Positions 1 through 14,200 of a stretch of DNA of 48,594 nt are shown piece by piece. Position numbers and translations under genes: made by a program. The notes beneath the pieces were generated by a model that worked only from the letters and a program-made list of their open reading frames with translations, did not search any database and was not told the origin of the DNA. Within the stretch, counting starts at the first letter, position 1. The number at the start of each line of letters is the position of its first letter. Origin of the DNA: Trichomonas gallinae (taxonomy: Eukaryota); assembly GCA_008369845.1 (NCBI GenBank), contig MRSU01005896.1, forward strand, positions 1 to 48,594, read 5' to 3'.

Positions 1-80
1 TAATTATTATATTATTAATTATTATATTATTAATTATTATATTATTAATTATTATATTATTAATTATTATATTATTAATT
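1..80. repeat. AT-only minisatellite, unit TAATTATTATATTAT (15 bp), 5.3 copies, truncated by the window edge
   Basis: Five exact tandem copies plus TAATT read directly from 1-80. Confidence 0.95.
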
Positions 81-316
81 GCTTATTAACAAAATTCATT
101 AATATATATATATAAAGTCTTATTAATTCTAAATTTACGTTCTCAATTAATCGAATGTGCATGATATTCAAAATTATAGTGATTAATTTGAATTTTTCTT
201 GATTTTAAGAAAAATGTTTCAATTTGACATCATTGTATATATCCAGTTTGCTAGAACTAATGTTCAATAGTAAATTCTAGAATAATTTCAAAAATTATTC
301 AAATGATGAATTTTTG

Positions 317-868
317 TTATTTTTTGCTTTTAGATTGATCATTATATTTCTTCCTTAGGACTTCATTCTGACTGTTAATAACATAATTCAGATCTTTCAC
401 GATTGTCAAGAGTTTCTTTGAATACGTGTCCAATTCTCGTCCAGGATAAAGGTTTTGTAGATTGAGATTCTTTTGTTTAAGTAAGAGGAGAAGCTCTGTA
501 ATTTCTTTATTCGCAGATTGAATTTGAGTTTTATTTTCTGCTTTCTCTTGTAATAGGCTATACAATTCGTCTGTAAGTTGAGATGGATCGAAATTTTCTA
601 ATACTTCAGATTGTGAATTTTGCAAATCTTGAATCTTGGGTATTTTGTTAACAATCTCATAAGGATTATCATAGTAAGCGAAAATAATCATTCTAATTGT
701 ATTAGTTATATTAAAATCTAAATCTTTCAAAGTAATATCATTATTTTTAATTCGATATTCGATGTCTTCAAGTATTTTGTGTATTTCCTGTTTGTGCTCG
801 TCTAAAATGTTGTTTTCTGAAATGAATTTGTCTATTTCATCCACAAAAACTTGAAATAATTTTTCCAT
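317..868 (-). CDS. Hypothetical helical/coiled-coil protein (183 aa from first ATG)
   Basis: The track ORF starts at TTG 892. First ATG at 868 (MEKLFQ...) has an Inr-like TCATA just upstream (879-875). No recognisable motif. Confidence 0.6.
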   Translation of the reverse strand: MEKLFQVFVDEIDKFISENNILDEHKQEIHKILEDIEYRIKNNDITLKDLDFNITNTIRMIIFAYYDNPYEIVNKIPKIQDLQNSQSEVLENFDPSQLTDELYSLLQEKAENKTQIQSANKEITELLLLLKQKNLNLQNLYPGRELDTYSKKLLTIVKDLNYVINSQNEVLRKKYNDQSKSKK

Positions 869-1082
869 ATAAATTATGACTTTACATGTCAAACTATTAA
901 TTATTTACGTGTCAAAAAATAATTAAATTTGTCATGTAAAAATGAACTATATTAAAATCGTTTTCAGAGCTTCTTAATTATGTTTTTAAAACAAGCGTCT
1001 ATAGAGAATAATAAATATGAACTTATTTCATTTTTATTCGTTATTGAAAAAATATTAATTAAAATCAATTATCAAAAATACT

Positions 1083-1760
1083 TTATTGAGACCAGAGCTG
1101 GATATTTTCTTTGAGGAGGTCGAGTGTGTGTGTAGCTTCTTCTTTAGATTCCTTGGACAACTGATTGATACCTGTCCCGGCTTCCTGATAGGCACGGGAG
1201 GCAAGCTCGTGGGCTTCAGCTGTCTCACCCAGGATTTCGTAGATAAATACAGCAAAGTTAAGTGCAAGGCCTAATCTTAATGGATGATAAGTTGGGAGTG
1301 ATGTGTCTGCAAGGGCGGCAGCTTCCTGATAAGAAGCTTTGCATTTAGCTGCGACATCTGGTCTTCCAGAATCTGGTGTAGCTTCCCATTTATAACGATA
1401 ATAATCGGCTGTTAATTTGATGTAAAATACACGAACTTCTGGTTCTGTAACTGATGGGAGAAGTGTGTTCTGAATGAGAGAAATGACTTCGTCGCACTTG
1501 ACAGAAAGTGCTTCTGAACATTCGATGATTGAAGAAGCTACATCAAAGCCGTGTGCATCATCCTGAAGGAGACGGATTGAGTCACGAAGTGGGCTAACAA
1601 TTCCCTTGTATGCTGAGCTCAAAAGATTTCTCTCATTGAAAGAAAGCGGACGACCTTGTTTAATAACTTCGCCCATATATCTGATGCAGTCCTCGTACTT
1701 GCCACATTCCTGAGCAACTTTAGCCATGAAGACGTTGACTTCTCTAACACCGTCAGCCAT
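1083..1760 (-). CDS. 14-3-3 family protein (divergent)
   Basis: ERNLLSSAYK, VFYIKLTADYYRY, HPLRLGLALNFAVFIYEIL and LLKENIQLW match the 14-3-3 signature helices. Confidence 0.97.
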   Translation of the reverse strand: MADGVREVNVFMAKVAQECGKYEDCIRYMGEVIKQGRPLSFNERNLLSSAYKGIVSPLRDSIRLLQDDAHGFDVASSIIECSEALSVKCDEVISLIQNTLLPSVTEPEVRVFYIKLTADYYRYKWEATPDSGRPDVAAKCKASYQEAAALADTSLPTYHPLRLGLALNFAVFIYEILGETAEAHELASRAYQEAGTGINQLSKESKEEATHTLDLLKENIQLWSQ

Positions 1761-2287
1761 AACTTTTTAAAAAAACTGTTTTTGTAAAAAAAATATTTTC
1801 ATCTTTTTGACAAATGTCAGATTTGTTTTTTGCTATTTTTCTCTTTTCTATCATCTAATTAAATCTTTATTACGCTTAAAAATCGATTTTATAAAATTAT
1901 AAATATTTGACGTGTAAACTTTCTTTAGATTTTTTCAATAGAAATGCACTCGATATTAGTTTGATATTCACAATCTATTGATTATGCTGAAGCGTTTTGA
2001 TGAGAAGAGCAAGACAATTGCTCTAAATATTTGATCAAATCTAAAAAAAATAATAATTCATGGTGATTAGTGTCCCATACAATCACATATCTGTCATACA
2101 TCATCGAATGTGATACTAATCATTAAAAGCATAGATACCTATATTGCAACTCATTGTGATAAAATCATTCTCTGACTGTTGGCAGGAGCCACAACATGAA
2201 GTATAAGTGCATCCCCAATTGCATTTCAGAAATAGATAAGATCGAAAAAGTTATTATATAAAATCAAAAAAAAAATATAAATTTATT

Positions 2288-5200
2288 TTAGTAGGAGAGA
2301 GAGCAAATCATAGCGACACCTCTCTTGATCCAGAATGACTGTGGCTTATCTGATGGTAATTCGATTGTTAAGACGTAGTTCGTGGAGTGACCTGTTGTGG
2401 AAAGTGTACCCTTTCTTGTGCCAACCTTGTAAACTGGGCACTCGTAAATTCCTGTTGTCGGCTTCTTCCTGTTGCCGATTGGTTTGAGGACGATTGGTGG
2501 CATTGCCTGGAAAAGCTCTTTCGGTCTTGGATCGGCGAGGACCTTCTTGACTGGATCCCAGGAAGCACCTTCGATGAAGAGACCTGTGATGTAAACACCT
2601 TCGTCCTTCCTTGGTGGTGGATTCTCAGTGTCCATGACTTCGAAGCCGAATGAAATTGTATCGACACCGATCTGGTTCTTTCTTGCGCAGTTCTGCTTGA
2701 TACCTGTAAGGAATGACTGCTGCATGAAGAAGCCAGAGATCCAGAAGACTGTTGGTGGACCACGCTCGACCCAATCGGCGAGGAACTTGACACGCTTCTT
2801 GAGGTCCTGCATCCAGCCTGAGAGCGGCTTAGTGGAAGGATATCCTTGGTCGCTCCACATGACTGGTACGTGGTTGTCGAACATTGAGTCACCCATGGCT
2901 TCAAGTTCGCCGGACATGACGACAATACCCTTAAGGGCATTGATTATGTCTCTAAGCGACTGCTTGCAGATGACGATGAGCTTGTTGTACATTTCGCACT
3001 GCTGGACGAGCACTGTGTTCATTGAATCTTCGTACTTGATTGGATACTTCTGCTGGATTGCTGTGATATCGAATGGCTCTGGAACTTCTCTGAGGAGATC
3101 AGTTGCAAGGCCGTTGATGACTTCTTCACGTGTCTGGCCGCTGCCACCTCCGCCTGTACGGGCCTGGAGGAGAAGAAGGTTGTTGAACATTGTGTATGTT
3201 TCTGACTGCTGGTAGGAAACTTCGGCGTTTGCGTGAAGGCCGAAGATGTCTGGAGAGTCGTTGATTGGATACTCTCTGATGCTGGCGATGTACATCTTGT
3301 GGGACTGCTCTGGGAGAGAAACGTAGCGTGGGTTCTCTGTGAACTTGTATGTATCGCTCATGACTTCTGGGTTGTAGAAGTCGCCTAAGATGGACAAAAG
3401 TGTTCTGCGATCCCAGTCATCAGTTACACGACCACCGTAGTTGATTTCACCTGTCAAATATGTGAGAACCTTGTATGAGACCTGGTCGTAAAGATCGAGG
3501 AACATCTTGAGCTGCTTCTGTGAGATTTCAAGATCGCCAGTTGTCCAGTCGTAGATCTGGTTGAAACCGAGCGGTCCGTACTTCCTTCTTTCTAATGTGA
3601 GAGCGTGGAAGAAGCAGAGGGAGTAGATAAGCTTGTGGTACTCGAATGGCTTGGCGCAGTCGTTGAGGGACTTATCATCGTACTGCATCATTGACCTGAG
3701 AAGGTTCTGCTTGATACCCTTTGGTGGCTCGTTTGTCATCTTGATACCACGCTGAAGGATGGAAACTGGGAAGTCTGCGGATGGCATGGATGTGAGCCAG
3801 AGTCTGAAGTCTCTGTTGACTTCTTCTGGCTTGATCTTCTCGATGAGGATTTCGAGTCTTGGGAGCCAAGAAACTGCAAGGTGGCAGTTCTGGAGAAGGA
3901 GCCAGTGACCGCGGTCCATGGCTTCTGTGAGACGCTGCTCAGCATATTTACCCTGGCCCTGGCCGAGAGACATTGAAGAAAGTTTCTTGGAGAAGTTCTT
4001 CTTCTCGGCGAACTTGACGAGGTCGGAGGCTGGGTCGGCACCGACAGAAAGGACAAAGATGAGTGGAGCAGTGACAGTTGAGTCGTCGAATGAGGAGTTG
4101 ATATCGAACTGTGGAGACTCAAGGAATGCATCACCGAGACGCTTCTGGATGAGATCCTGGATAGCGTTGCCCATTGAATCTGGTCTGAGAACTCTCAAGA
4201 CGAGCAAGCGCTGGAAGAGTGTGAGCTTAACCTCCCACTCGCCTGGGAACTTGCACCTTGAAGCATCTGGGGAGTCGAAGATTGTCTTCCAGATGTCGAT
4301 ATCCTGGCAGAATGACTGTCTGAAGCCCTTGAAGTTTGGCAATGTGTCGAGAGACTTAACTTCGTACCAGGCCTTGGATGTGAGCCACTTAGGAGCTGGG
4401 TTCTCGCCTTCTTCGATCTGTCTAATTGGGCCAGCGATGAGGAATCTCAACTCTCTCGAGTCGATTTCGTTGGCGCCCTGCATGATTCTGTAGCAGAGCA
4501 AGAATGCGAACATTCTCTTGTGCCTCTCGAAGAGAGATCTGCAAATGTTGTTGTAGAAGTTCTTCGTTGATGTGTCAATGAGAAGAGACAATCTTGTCTC
4601 AAGGACATCGGAGGCTGGTGTCTGGTCAATGCAGAGTGAGAAGAAGGAGATGTACCAGGCAAGGGAGTACTGATACATTGGATCGACATAGAACAATGTT
4701 GAAATGCAGAAGAACAAAAGTGATCCTCTGAAGGCGACTTGTCTGTATGTTTGTCTTGATGTATCGATTGTTCTTTCTGTTTCTTCGGCTTCCTTAACCT
4801 GCTGCTGAATTGTCTGTGACATGGTGTTGGACTCTGTGAGTGTTGTAATGATCTCGATATCATCCAAAAGCTTGGATGGTTCTGTCTTTTCGAGGCAGTC
4901 GAGCATCTTTGCACGGATTTCGAGCAACTTCTTCTGGTTCTTGGAGTTCTGGATAACGAGGTTGTTCTTCATCTCTTCGAGCTCTGGACGTTCCTTAGCG
5001 ACAACGAGTGCAAGGAGCTGCTCTTCGAGACCGGATGGTGTGCAAGTGAAGTCGAGCAAGCAGACCTTAGCGGAAAGTTCTGGCGAGAAGTGTGGGTTCG
5101 GGAGCTGTGTTGTGATGTAGAGCCTGAAGCCACGGTTGTATGGGATGACTGTATCGCCGATCTTGATGACATCAGCACCTGACTGCTTGTAGACCTGGTT

Positions 5201-8200
5201 CTGGAGAACTGGATCGAGAATTGGATCGAGTTCTTCAGGAACATTCTCGATTAGAAGTGGACGACCGAATCTGATGGAGTTTTCGATGGATCTGACGAGG
5301 TTATCATCTGTGAGTTTGACGATTTCCATCTGGTTGTCCTTGTTGAGATTGCGGATGAATCTGTTAGCCTGGCCCTGTGGATCAATGCAGAGTGAGTATC
5401 TGCGGGACTTGGACATGATGATTGTGTTCTCGAGAGACATGTTATCTCTTGGAAGACCACTCAAGTTCCACTTAAGAACTTCGACTGGATCCTGGAGTGT
5501 CTGGATGATTGATGTGCCTGGAGATGATGTGATGTTGTTCTTTGACAAGAAGTCAACCCATGTTCTGATGAGGCGGGCTCTGTACTCTGATGGGAATGGA
5601 CCAGAGTAGGCGACACCTGCAGCGGCAACGAGGACATCACCAGTGAGGTTCTTTTCTTGCTCGATGACAGAATTGAGAGTTGCCTCCCATCTGCCCTTTT
5701 CACCGGAAAGGTTGTTGATGAGTGTCTCAGCGCGTGAAAGCTTAGACTTACATTCTTCCTGCTGCTGGAGGAGGTCATCCTTCTTCGAAACAACCTGCTG
5801 GAAGTCATCTCTAAGCTTGGCAATCTTCTCTTCGGCGGCTCTGAGCTTGGCCATGGACTCATCGAGAGCCTTCTGGGCAATGTCGAGTTGTGCCTGAGCC
5901 TGCTTGAGAGCTTCTTCCTTAGGAAGAACGGCCTTTCTGGCGTCGTGGTACTGACCCATGGCAACAACCCAGTTGAACAAGGAAAGTGTAGCTTCACCGC
6001 AAGCGCCAGCCTTTTCTGGAGACCAGTTTTCTGACTTGTAAAGTGGAAGAAGTTTCTGGATGACAGAATCTGGGATGTTATCCTTTTCTTCTTCTGTGAA
6101 CTTCTCGAGCCTGTTTCTGAATCTTGGATCAGCGAGGACCTTCTGAGATGTGCCCCACCAGTTCTCGACGACTTCACCAGGTAATTTACCAGGTTCTGTG
6201 ATAACGTGCTGCCTGAGTAAGATGCAAACACCCTTCATGACATCTCTGACAGCAGGTGGTGGGTTCGTGTAGGATCTGACTGTGGAAATAGCCTTTGATG
6301 AAAGTCCTTTGACACCTTCCTGAGCCTTTTCAAGAACTGGCATGATTTCCGCGAGATCTTTCTCAGCGGCATCTTTGAGTTCCTGTGTTTCGGCCTTCTT
6401 AGCTTCAGCGACTTTGGCTTCGGCTTCGACTTTGGCTCTAACTTCGTTCGTCTTCTCTTCTTCGGCTGCGATCTCGACCTTGGATGCATCAGCATCTTTG
6501 ATGAGCTGGTCAAGTGTTGGTTGAAGAGCAATAATCTTTTCTTGGAGATCCTTGACAGATGCGTTAGCGACCTGGAGGGCAGAAAGACCTGTTTCCATGG
6601 ACTGTTTGATCTTGGAAATTTCTTTCATCTTTTCTGTCTGAATCCTGTTGACGAGCTGAACGAAGTCGAGGAAGGAAGTTGGTGTGACGTAGTTGTGGCG
6701 CTTCTCGTGCTGGAAGAGTTCCTTGGACATTTCAACGACAGATGTGTGAGCTGTAACGCAGAAGTTGGAGCAGACGGACTGGAGTTTCTCGTTCGGGAAG
6801 GTGTCTGCGAAGAATTCCTGGGCAACAGAGTAGAGAGCGTCCTTTGACCAGTCTGAGAACCAGTCGATGGATGTGCAAGTAACCAAGGACGGGAACATTC
6901 TCAGTCTGCGCCTGAATGCTTCACCGATTGGAGAAAGGGCAATGACGATGTGAAGAGCAGACTTCACACGCTGGATGAACAAGTTGTAGATTGATGGCTT
7001 AGAAAGCTGGATATCCTTCTGCTGAGCGATTGGTCTTATCTTCTCGATGATTTCTTCGATATCTTCTGGTGGGAAGATGTTTGGAACATCACCGGAGTTC
7101 AAAAGGTTGTTGAGATCTTCGAGGAATGATTCCTTGACGATCTGAGCATCAGAGACGAGGAAGACAGTTGGCTTCTCTTCGTAGCCGGCACTCTTCATGA
7201 CTGTTCTGATATCGGCGAGCCATTCTGCTGTGCCGTATGTCTTTGTGATTTCTGGCTGGATGATTGTGTACTCTGAAAGATGGCAAGCGAGTCTTGTGAG
7301 AGACTGTCTGCCTGAGCCACCGACACCCAGAAGAAGTGCGTGGCCAGATGGCTGTCTGATAATACGGGAGATTCTGATGATGTGCTCGATAGCATCAGGG
7401 AACAAAACGAGACCCAACTTCTTCGTTGAGACTTCGTCGTAGTCAGCCATTGCGTTGTTGAGGATTGTTTCGAGCTTCTTCTCATCTGTGACTTGAACGT
7501 ATGGCTTCTGTTCGTTTGTTTCCTCGAAGAAGTCGCAGTACAAAAGATTCTTCGTCTTCTTGAGATCGTCCATTGAAACCTTGAATCTGCCTGAGAGTTC
7601 CTTGTTGAGCAACTCACCGAAGGCATCGAGATCGATCTTGTCGACAAGTCTGTCAGCGAACACACGTGTGCATTCGTGTGCCCAAACAGCGATGATATCC
7701 TTGTCTGTGTCGATGTGGGCCTTGTGGAGGGACATGACACCCTGGATAACCTTTGAGACATCACGAAGGTTGAATGTGTAATGGGACTTTGATGGAATTG
7801 GAAGCATTGTCCTTCTGACGGAGTTGTAGATAGAGATTGTTGCATCAGCAATGGAAATGGCAACAGCCTGGATGGATCTGTCGAAGATTGTCAAGTAGCT
7901 GTCAAGCATTGTCTTGAAGATCATCTGCAATGACTCATCCTGCAATTCTGGGAAGTTGAACAAGTTGAACTGGCGAGTGAATCTGGCTGTGAGATGCTGT
8001 CTGCCACCACCTGGGTGACCGCAAGCGCAGATCATCTGGCTGTCGACGAGCTTGTGGAACTCGAGGGCCTTTCTGTCGTACCAGCCTCCGTGATCGAGCC
8101 ACTGTCTGAGCAACTCGATTGGTGGCTGTGCACCGTAGACTTCCTTGGCAGGCATGTTGACGTCATCGAAGAAGATGATAGCGCGCTTACGATCGAGTGG

Positions 8201-11200
8201 ACCGTAAACACCCTTGAGACGTCTTTCGAACTTGGCATCGATGATATCCTGTGTCTGGTTGGCGTTAGTCTGAGCGGAGAATGAGATGAAGATTGGCATG
8301 AATGTGTCTGGGCTGAGAGAGGACATCATGTAGCGGTTGATTGTGACAGACTTGGCTGTACCTGTTGGACCAGTGCAGAAGAAGTTGTAGCCTGCAGCGA
8401 GGAGTGTCTGGATGAGGAATGTGTGTCTGACGTTATCGATTGTTGGGACGACGATTTCGTTGAATGACGTGCCTGGAGAAATGTGGTACGGTGGCTGTCC
8501 GAGCATCCAGTTCTCCCATTGGTCGTTTGTTGTGTTGAACTTGTAGTCGTAGACAAGGCCTTCTGATGGGAAGGAGATGTCTGTTGTCCTGAGCTGCTGG
8601 CGGATGAATCCATCGAACATGATGCGGCCGTCTGTGTCTGTTGTGCAGCCGAGAGACCAGATGAGTGAGAACCAGAAGAAGTGTGGTGCCCACTTTGTGA
8701 TGTTAGCGAGAGTATCATCCTTGATTGGATCTATTGGATCTGGGCTGTAGTATGGCTGGATCATAGCGCGGAAGAGTCTCAAGAGTGACTGGATTAGGTT
8801 GGAGTTTGTTGTCTTGATTGGTTCCTTGAGGCGATCTCTGACGAACTTGAGAGCTGGGACAAGGTACTTGTCGTAGAGTGGAGAGAGAACCTCCATGAGA
8901 GCTTTCTGGAGGCCTGGATGCTGGTTCTCGATCCATGACTCGAGCAAGTACTTCATGTCTGGGTTTGGCTGCATGAAAACCATACCGCATCTTGAAACTG
9001 TGGCTGGTGAAGCGACAGCAAGATCTTCAACTTCGAAAAGCATCATCATGCGGTCTGTGAAGTTGATAACAGCGGAAGATGACAAGCAGAGCTTCTTGTT
9101 ATCATCAAGAACCGTGTTCATGTTCTCAATCCAAAGGGCATCGACTGGGCCATCGAGGACGATCCACTGATTGTCTGGTGTTTCATCTTCAGAGCATTGC
9201 TTGATGATTTCTGAAAGGACACCGTTTGTCCATTCGTGTGTTGTCATATCAAACTCACCGAAGAGCTGACCCATTGTGATTGACTTAGGGTTGAGGATGT
9301 GGTAGTGTGTCTTCTTGAATGTTGGATTTGTTGGGTTGAGCATTGTGCATGCTGCAGCGAGTGTCTTGAAGACCTGTGTCTTACCAGCGCCTGTTGGACC
9401 GACAAGCATAACACCCCATCTAACAGCGAATGTTTCGTGGAGCTGCCTGATCTTTGTGATAAACAAGTCGTTGACCTGGAGCTTCATCTTCTTAGCGCAT
9501 GTGTTGATGGCATCAATGAGCTGCGTGTAGTCTAATGTGCGCTCCTTGACACCTGGGAAGAGATCGGAGATGATATCGTTGAAGAGGACCAAGTCGTTGA
9601 CCAAGAACTTAGGAACGTTGACATCCTTAATAGCTCTTAAGACAATGAGAGCTTCTGGCATGTCTGGCTGAAGTCTTCTGAGGTTACCAGCTGTCTGGAT
9701 AACAGTGTTAACAGCACGCATACCGAAGTCGTAGTGGCGCTGGGATGAAAGCTGCTCAGAAGAAAGTCTGAATGTAGCGACAATCTTCTCGGAAAGTGGA
9801 CGGGCTTCTGTGAAACCGAATGAATAGAGCTTGATTTCAGCAATCATTCTGTAATCAGGAACCATCATAGCGACTGGTCTGAAGAGTGCCTTGAGGTTAT
9901 CTGGAAGTTCTGTACGGCCAGCGTAACCTGGGTTCATTGTGATGAAGACAGCGCATCTTGGAGAAAGCTTGACATCTCTGTTTTCGAATCTGAAGACCTT
10001 CAAGTTAGCTTGAATGGCGTTCTGGATTGTTGTGATCTGCTGGGCAATAACGGAAAGAACTTCGACGTAAATTCTGTTGAATTCATCGAAGCAAGCCCAA
10101 GCACCGCAAGAAGCGAGACCTGTGAGGAAGACACCCATCTGAAGATAGTCGACAGTTTCTGAGCAGTTGTAAACGACGCATTGGAAGGCGACGGCCTTAG
10201 CGAGATCCTTTGTTGTCTCTGTCTTGCCTGTACCGGCTGGGCCCTGTGGAGCACCACCCATGTTCATCTGGAGGGCGGATGTGAGTGTGAGATAGCATCT
10301 ATCTGTGAGTGGCGTGATAACGAGTCTTGATGTATTGCCGAGGTATTCGTAACCGTATTCGACTTCGTATGTCATCATTCTGATCAAGACTGTATCGTTC
10401 TCCCAGTAGTATCTGAGCTGTGACATCCACTCGAATGCATCGATGGAGTCAACGCCAACTTCGACGAGCTTCTCGACGACATCGTGTGCGTGCACATCAA
10501 GAACGATAAGGCAGGAAAGTGTTCTGAGTGCCAAGAAATCTGTTGTAACTCTGACGAGCTTTGTGAGTTCGATCATTTGAACGTTAAGAGCATCAAGTAA
10601 TTCCTTAACTTGATGGCGCTTGATTGCCTCTTCGACGTGCTTTGTCCAGTAGATCATGGCGCCAGCGAGAACGACCTGGCTTGGCCAGTTGAGAACCCAC
10701 TCTGTACGTGGGATCTTTGGATATTGTTCGACGGCCTTCTTCATGATATCTCTGAGTGTTTCTCTCATCAAAGACTCGATTTCAAGAAGCCAGTGTTCAA
10801 CATTACCTTCTGGATAGATGCCTCTGATGAATGGAACCTTCTCGTTTTCGCATGAATTCATCTCTGTCATCTTCAAGTCCTTTTCGAATGTCAAAGAGCC
10901 GATGTTCTCGAAGCATCTTCTCAAGTGCTTTTGTACAGCTGTTGGATCCTTTGTCTGTGAAAGGATGGACAAAAGCTCGTCATTGGAAAGGAAGTAGAAT
11001 CTTGGGAATGCAACTCTCTTTGATTCGAGGTAGTCGTTAAGGCCTCTCTGAACGTGGCCGAGCAATTTGTTGTTGTGCTTGAAGTCTTCGAGGAGTTTGT
11101 CGCTGGGGCAGAACTTGAGAGCTTGTGGTGTTCTGTAGGCGTTATCGAGAATCTTTCTCCATGTCTTATCGACAGTTGAGAATCTCTCTGATTCTGTTGG

Positions 11201-14200
11201 GAGCTGCTTTCTGATATCTGGGGACGAGAAGATTGGTTCTAAAGCGAGCCATGAGCGCTGGCACTCGAGCCACTCTTCAATAACATAAGTAATGAGTTTG
11301 AGTGTAGCCTCCCATCTGTTGAGGCGCTCTTCGAATGGCTTCTTGTATGGAGAGAATTCCATTGTGTTTGTCATAACCATATCATCATCGAGCTTCTGGA
11401 TGATATCATCGGAGCCCTTCAAGACGTATGTGCCTGTGTCCTTGTATGGAGAAATGTCGAGGACGACTTCCTCCCATTCGCCGTACATCTTCTGTAAGGC
11501 TGTTTCGATAGAATATTCCTTGGAAGCGACTCCGACAACTTCTGAAACGATGTCAATCTTGTCCTCAAGCTTAAGCTCGAGAGCATCGTTGAGTGTGATT
11601 TCATCATCGAGAGCGAACTCGAAGCCGATTTCTTCGGAAAGCTTCTGCCAGTGGCGCTGCTTCATACCTGGGTTCAAGAGGGCTGTAAGAAGTGGGATGT
11701 GGTCCTTCATCTCGTTACACTCTTGCTTAAGCTCGGTGGCGATTTGAAGCACGCTTGTTGGTCCGTTTCTGAAGTTCTTAGTTGACTTGTGCAATGACTG
11801 ATAGATTGTCTGCAAATCCTTTGTGATCTGCTCAGCGTTGAGCTGGATGATTGGCTTCTCTTTGATTGAGTTGCGAAGCTTGATCCACTGATCGACGGCG
11901 AGCCAGAGAACAGAGAATGGATCGAATGTGCGCCTGAGGTCAGCGACGCGTGTGTAATCTGTCTGTTCCTTGCCGAAGATTGTCTGTCTGGAGTTGAATG
12001 TCTTGACATTAGCTTCAGCGCCTTCGATTGCCTTTGCGATACGTCTGATTTCTGTGGCGTACTGCTCGGAGTTGTTGACATCTGAGTATTTGGAAACTTC
12101 GGAAACTTCTCTGGAGAGCTTATCGAGATCTCCTTCGAACTTCTCCTGTGCGGACTCGAGATCCTGCTCGAACTTGAGGAAGAATCCTTCGAGGATGCCT
12201 TTGGACTTCTCGATGAGGAATGCGCAGTGTCTTGAGTGTCCGAAACACTCCCATTTGAGTTCGAAATCATCCTGAGAGATTGGATGGTAGTACTCGTCGA
12301 TGAAATCGTAGTATCTCATAGCATCCATAACTCTGGCGTGGAGCTTCTCTGTGAGACCTGGAACTGTCTCGATGTATTTCCTCTGTGCATCGAGTTCTTC
12401 GATCTTTGTTGGTGGTGATGTGATCTTTGAATCGATGACTCTGTATTCTTCTCTGAACTTCTTGAACAAACCTTTAGCTGTCTTTGAAACGTAATCGAGG
12501 ACAATCTTGATGAGCTTGTGGTGCTTCTGGATAAGATAAGCACGGACTGTTGTAACGTTGACAGCGAAGATGCCGACGATTTCACGCTTTGGAACATTGA
12601 CGTAGATCTCTTCAATGTCCTTCTGCTGCTGCTTGATGATGTCGCGGCATTGATCGAGTGTTGGCTGGTCAGTAGACAACTGCTCAGCGTACTTGTTTGT
12701 GTCCAACTGGATGAACTCGACATATGGCTGATATGTGTCCAAATATTTCTGGAGATAATCGATGGCTTCGTTGATTCTCTTGACAACTCTTTCTCTGTGA
12801 TCGACTAATTCCTTTTCGTCGTCGTTGATTGTTGAAAGAGTGAGGTTGACGTTCCTGAACATGTCTGGGAGAACTCTTGGCTCGATGATTGGAATACTAC
12901 GAACAGAATCGACAATAGATGAGAAGATCTGGACGCATGCTGTGCGGAATAATTTCGGATCAATACCGTAGCAGATCTCGTTGTTGTTTTCGATTGTCAT
13001 ATCGATTTCGAACAATGGCATGATCATCGCTCCAGTTGATTCCTTGTTGTAGTTTCCGACGACGTCTGTTGGTGTCTTGACGTCGACGTTGATTGGCGAC
13101 AAATCTTGAATGAAATCGTCGAATCTCTGGAAGTTGTTAAGGACGCATGTTCTTGCTGCATCGATCATCATGCAGGAAACGAGAACCATGAAGTTAGAGA
13201 ACTTGGACATGTTGTAGACTTCTCTGTCTGTTTCTTCAAGGTTGAACCAGCCCTTGGAGACATTGGAAAGCGCTGCACGAAGCTCACGACCTAATTGAGG
13301 AACCCAATCCTCTGTAAGGAAGCGCTTTGTCTTTGTAATGATTTGTGCTTGTGTCTGCTGGAATTCTTCGAGGTGGAAAGACTTGTTGGAACGAAGAACT
13401 AATAATTCTGTATTTGCAACATCAAGGCAAGAAGCTCTTGTCTTCATGAGGGCTGTGAAGATGCAGTCCTTGGTGTAAAGAGAATGGAATGCAAATTGTT
13501 CGCGATGCTTCTGAAATTCGCTTGTTGTTTGATATTGTTTTGGTTTTGGTTCTTCTTCTTTAGAAAGATCGAAGAGGCCAAGTGTACGTGCGTAAAGTGG
13601 ATCGTTCTTCATTTGAGACATGAAAGAATGAACATTGAAAGCGTATTTGTAGTTGATTTGTGCTTCTTCCATGAATTTCTCAATTGGAAGCTCGATTTTG
13701 ATTCGTGGGGATGGAATCATCTTTGTAATTGCCTTAACAGCATCCTCTGGGATGTTTGGCATTGCACGATTAGACATATTTTCAACATAAAAGCGGAAGC
13801 GAATCCATGACTCCGCACGACGACGCTCGTTAACGGCGTTCGCAATACGGTCAGCGAAGACGCGTGGATCCTCAGCAACAAATAATAATCTCAGACGTGG
13901 AACCCATTCCTCATCTTGCTCGTGATTTGGAAATGTGACACGCCAGAGGTGCTTATCGTAATCGTATTCCCATGCAATTGCGTCAGCCCACTTAAGTCCG
14001 TTCGATGTAAATACGTGGCACGGGATTCCAGCCTGTTTGCCGTTCTCATCCTTGCCGATTTCGAGATAGTTTTCGACAGTGCGGCAATCGAATGAATCAT
14101 CATCGAAAGACCACAACTGGAAAATTGGTTTGAATGTAGATTCATTAGGAACAAACATGATTTCTTGAGCGTAATTGATTCCACGATCGCTGAGAAGTTG

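Noticed and set aside
1998..2176. Possible box C/D snoRNA (TTGATGA ... CTGA)
   Set aside because: Boxes ~170 nt apart, no terminal stem and no identifiable guide. Expected by chance.
8350..8372. Dynein AAA3 P-loop GPTGTAKS and AAA4 GSGRQS deviating from GxxxxGK[ST]
   Set aside because: Non-primary AAA sites are often degenerate in inner-arm dyneins, and AAA1 is canonical.
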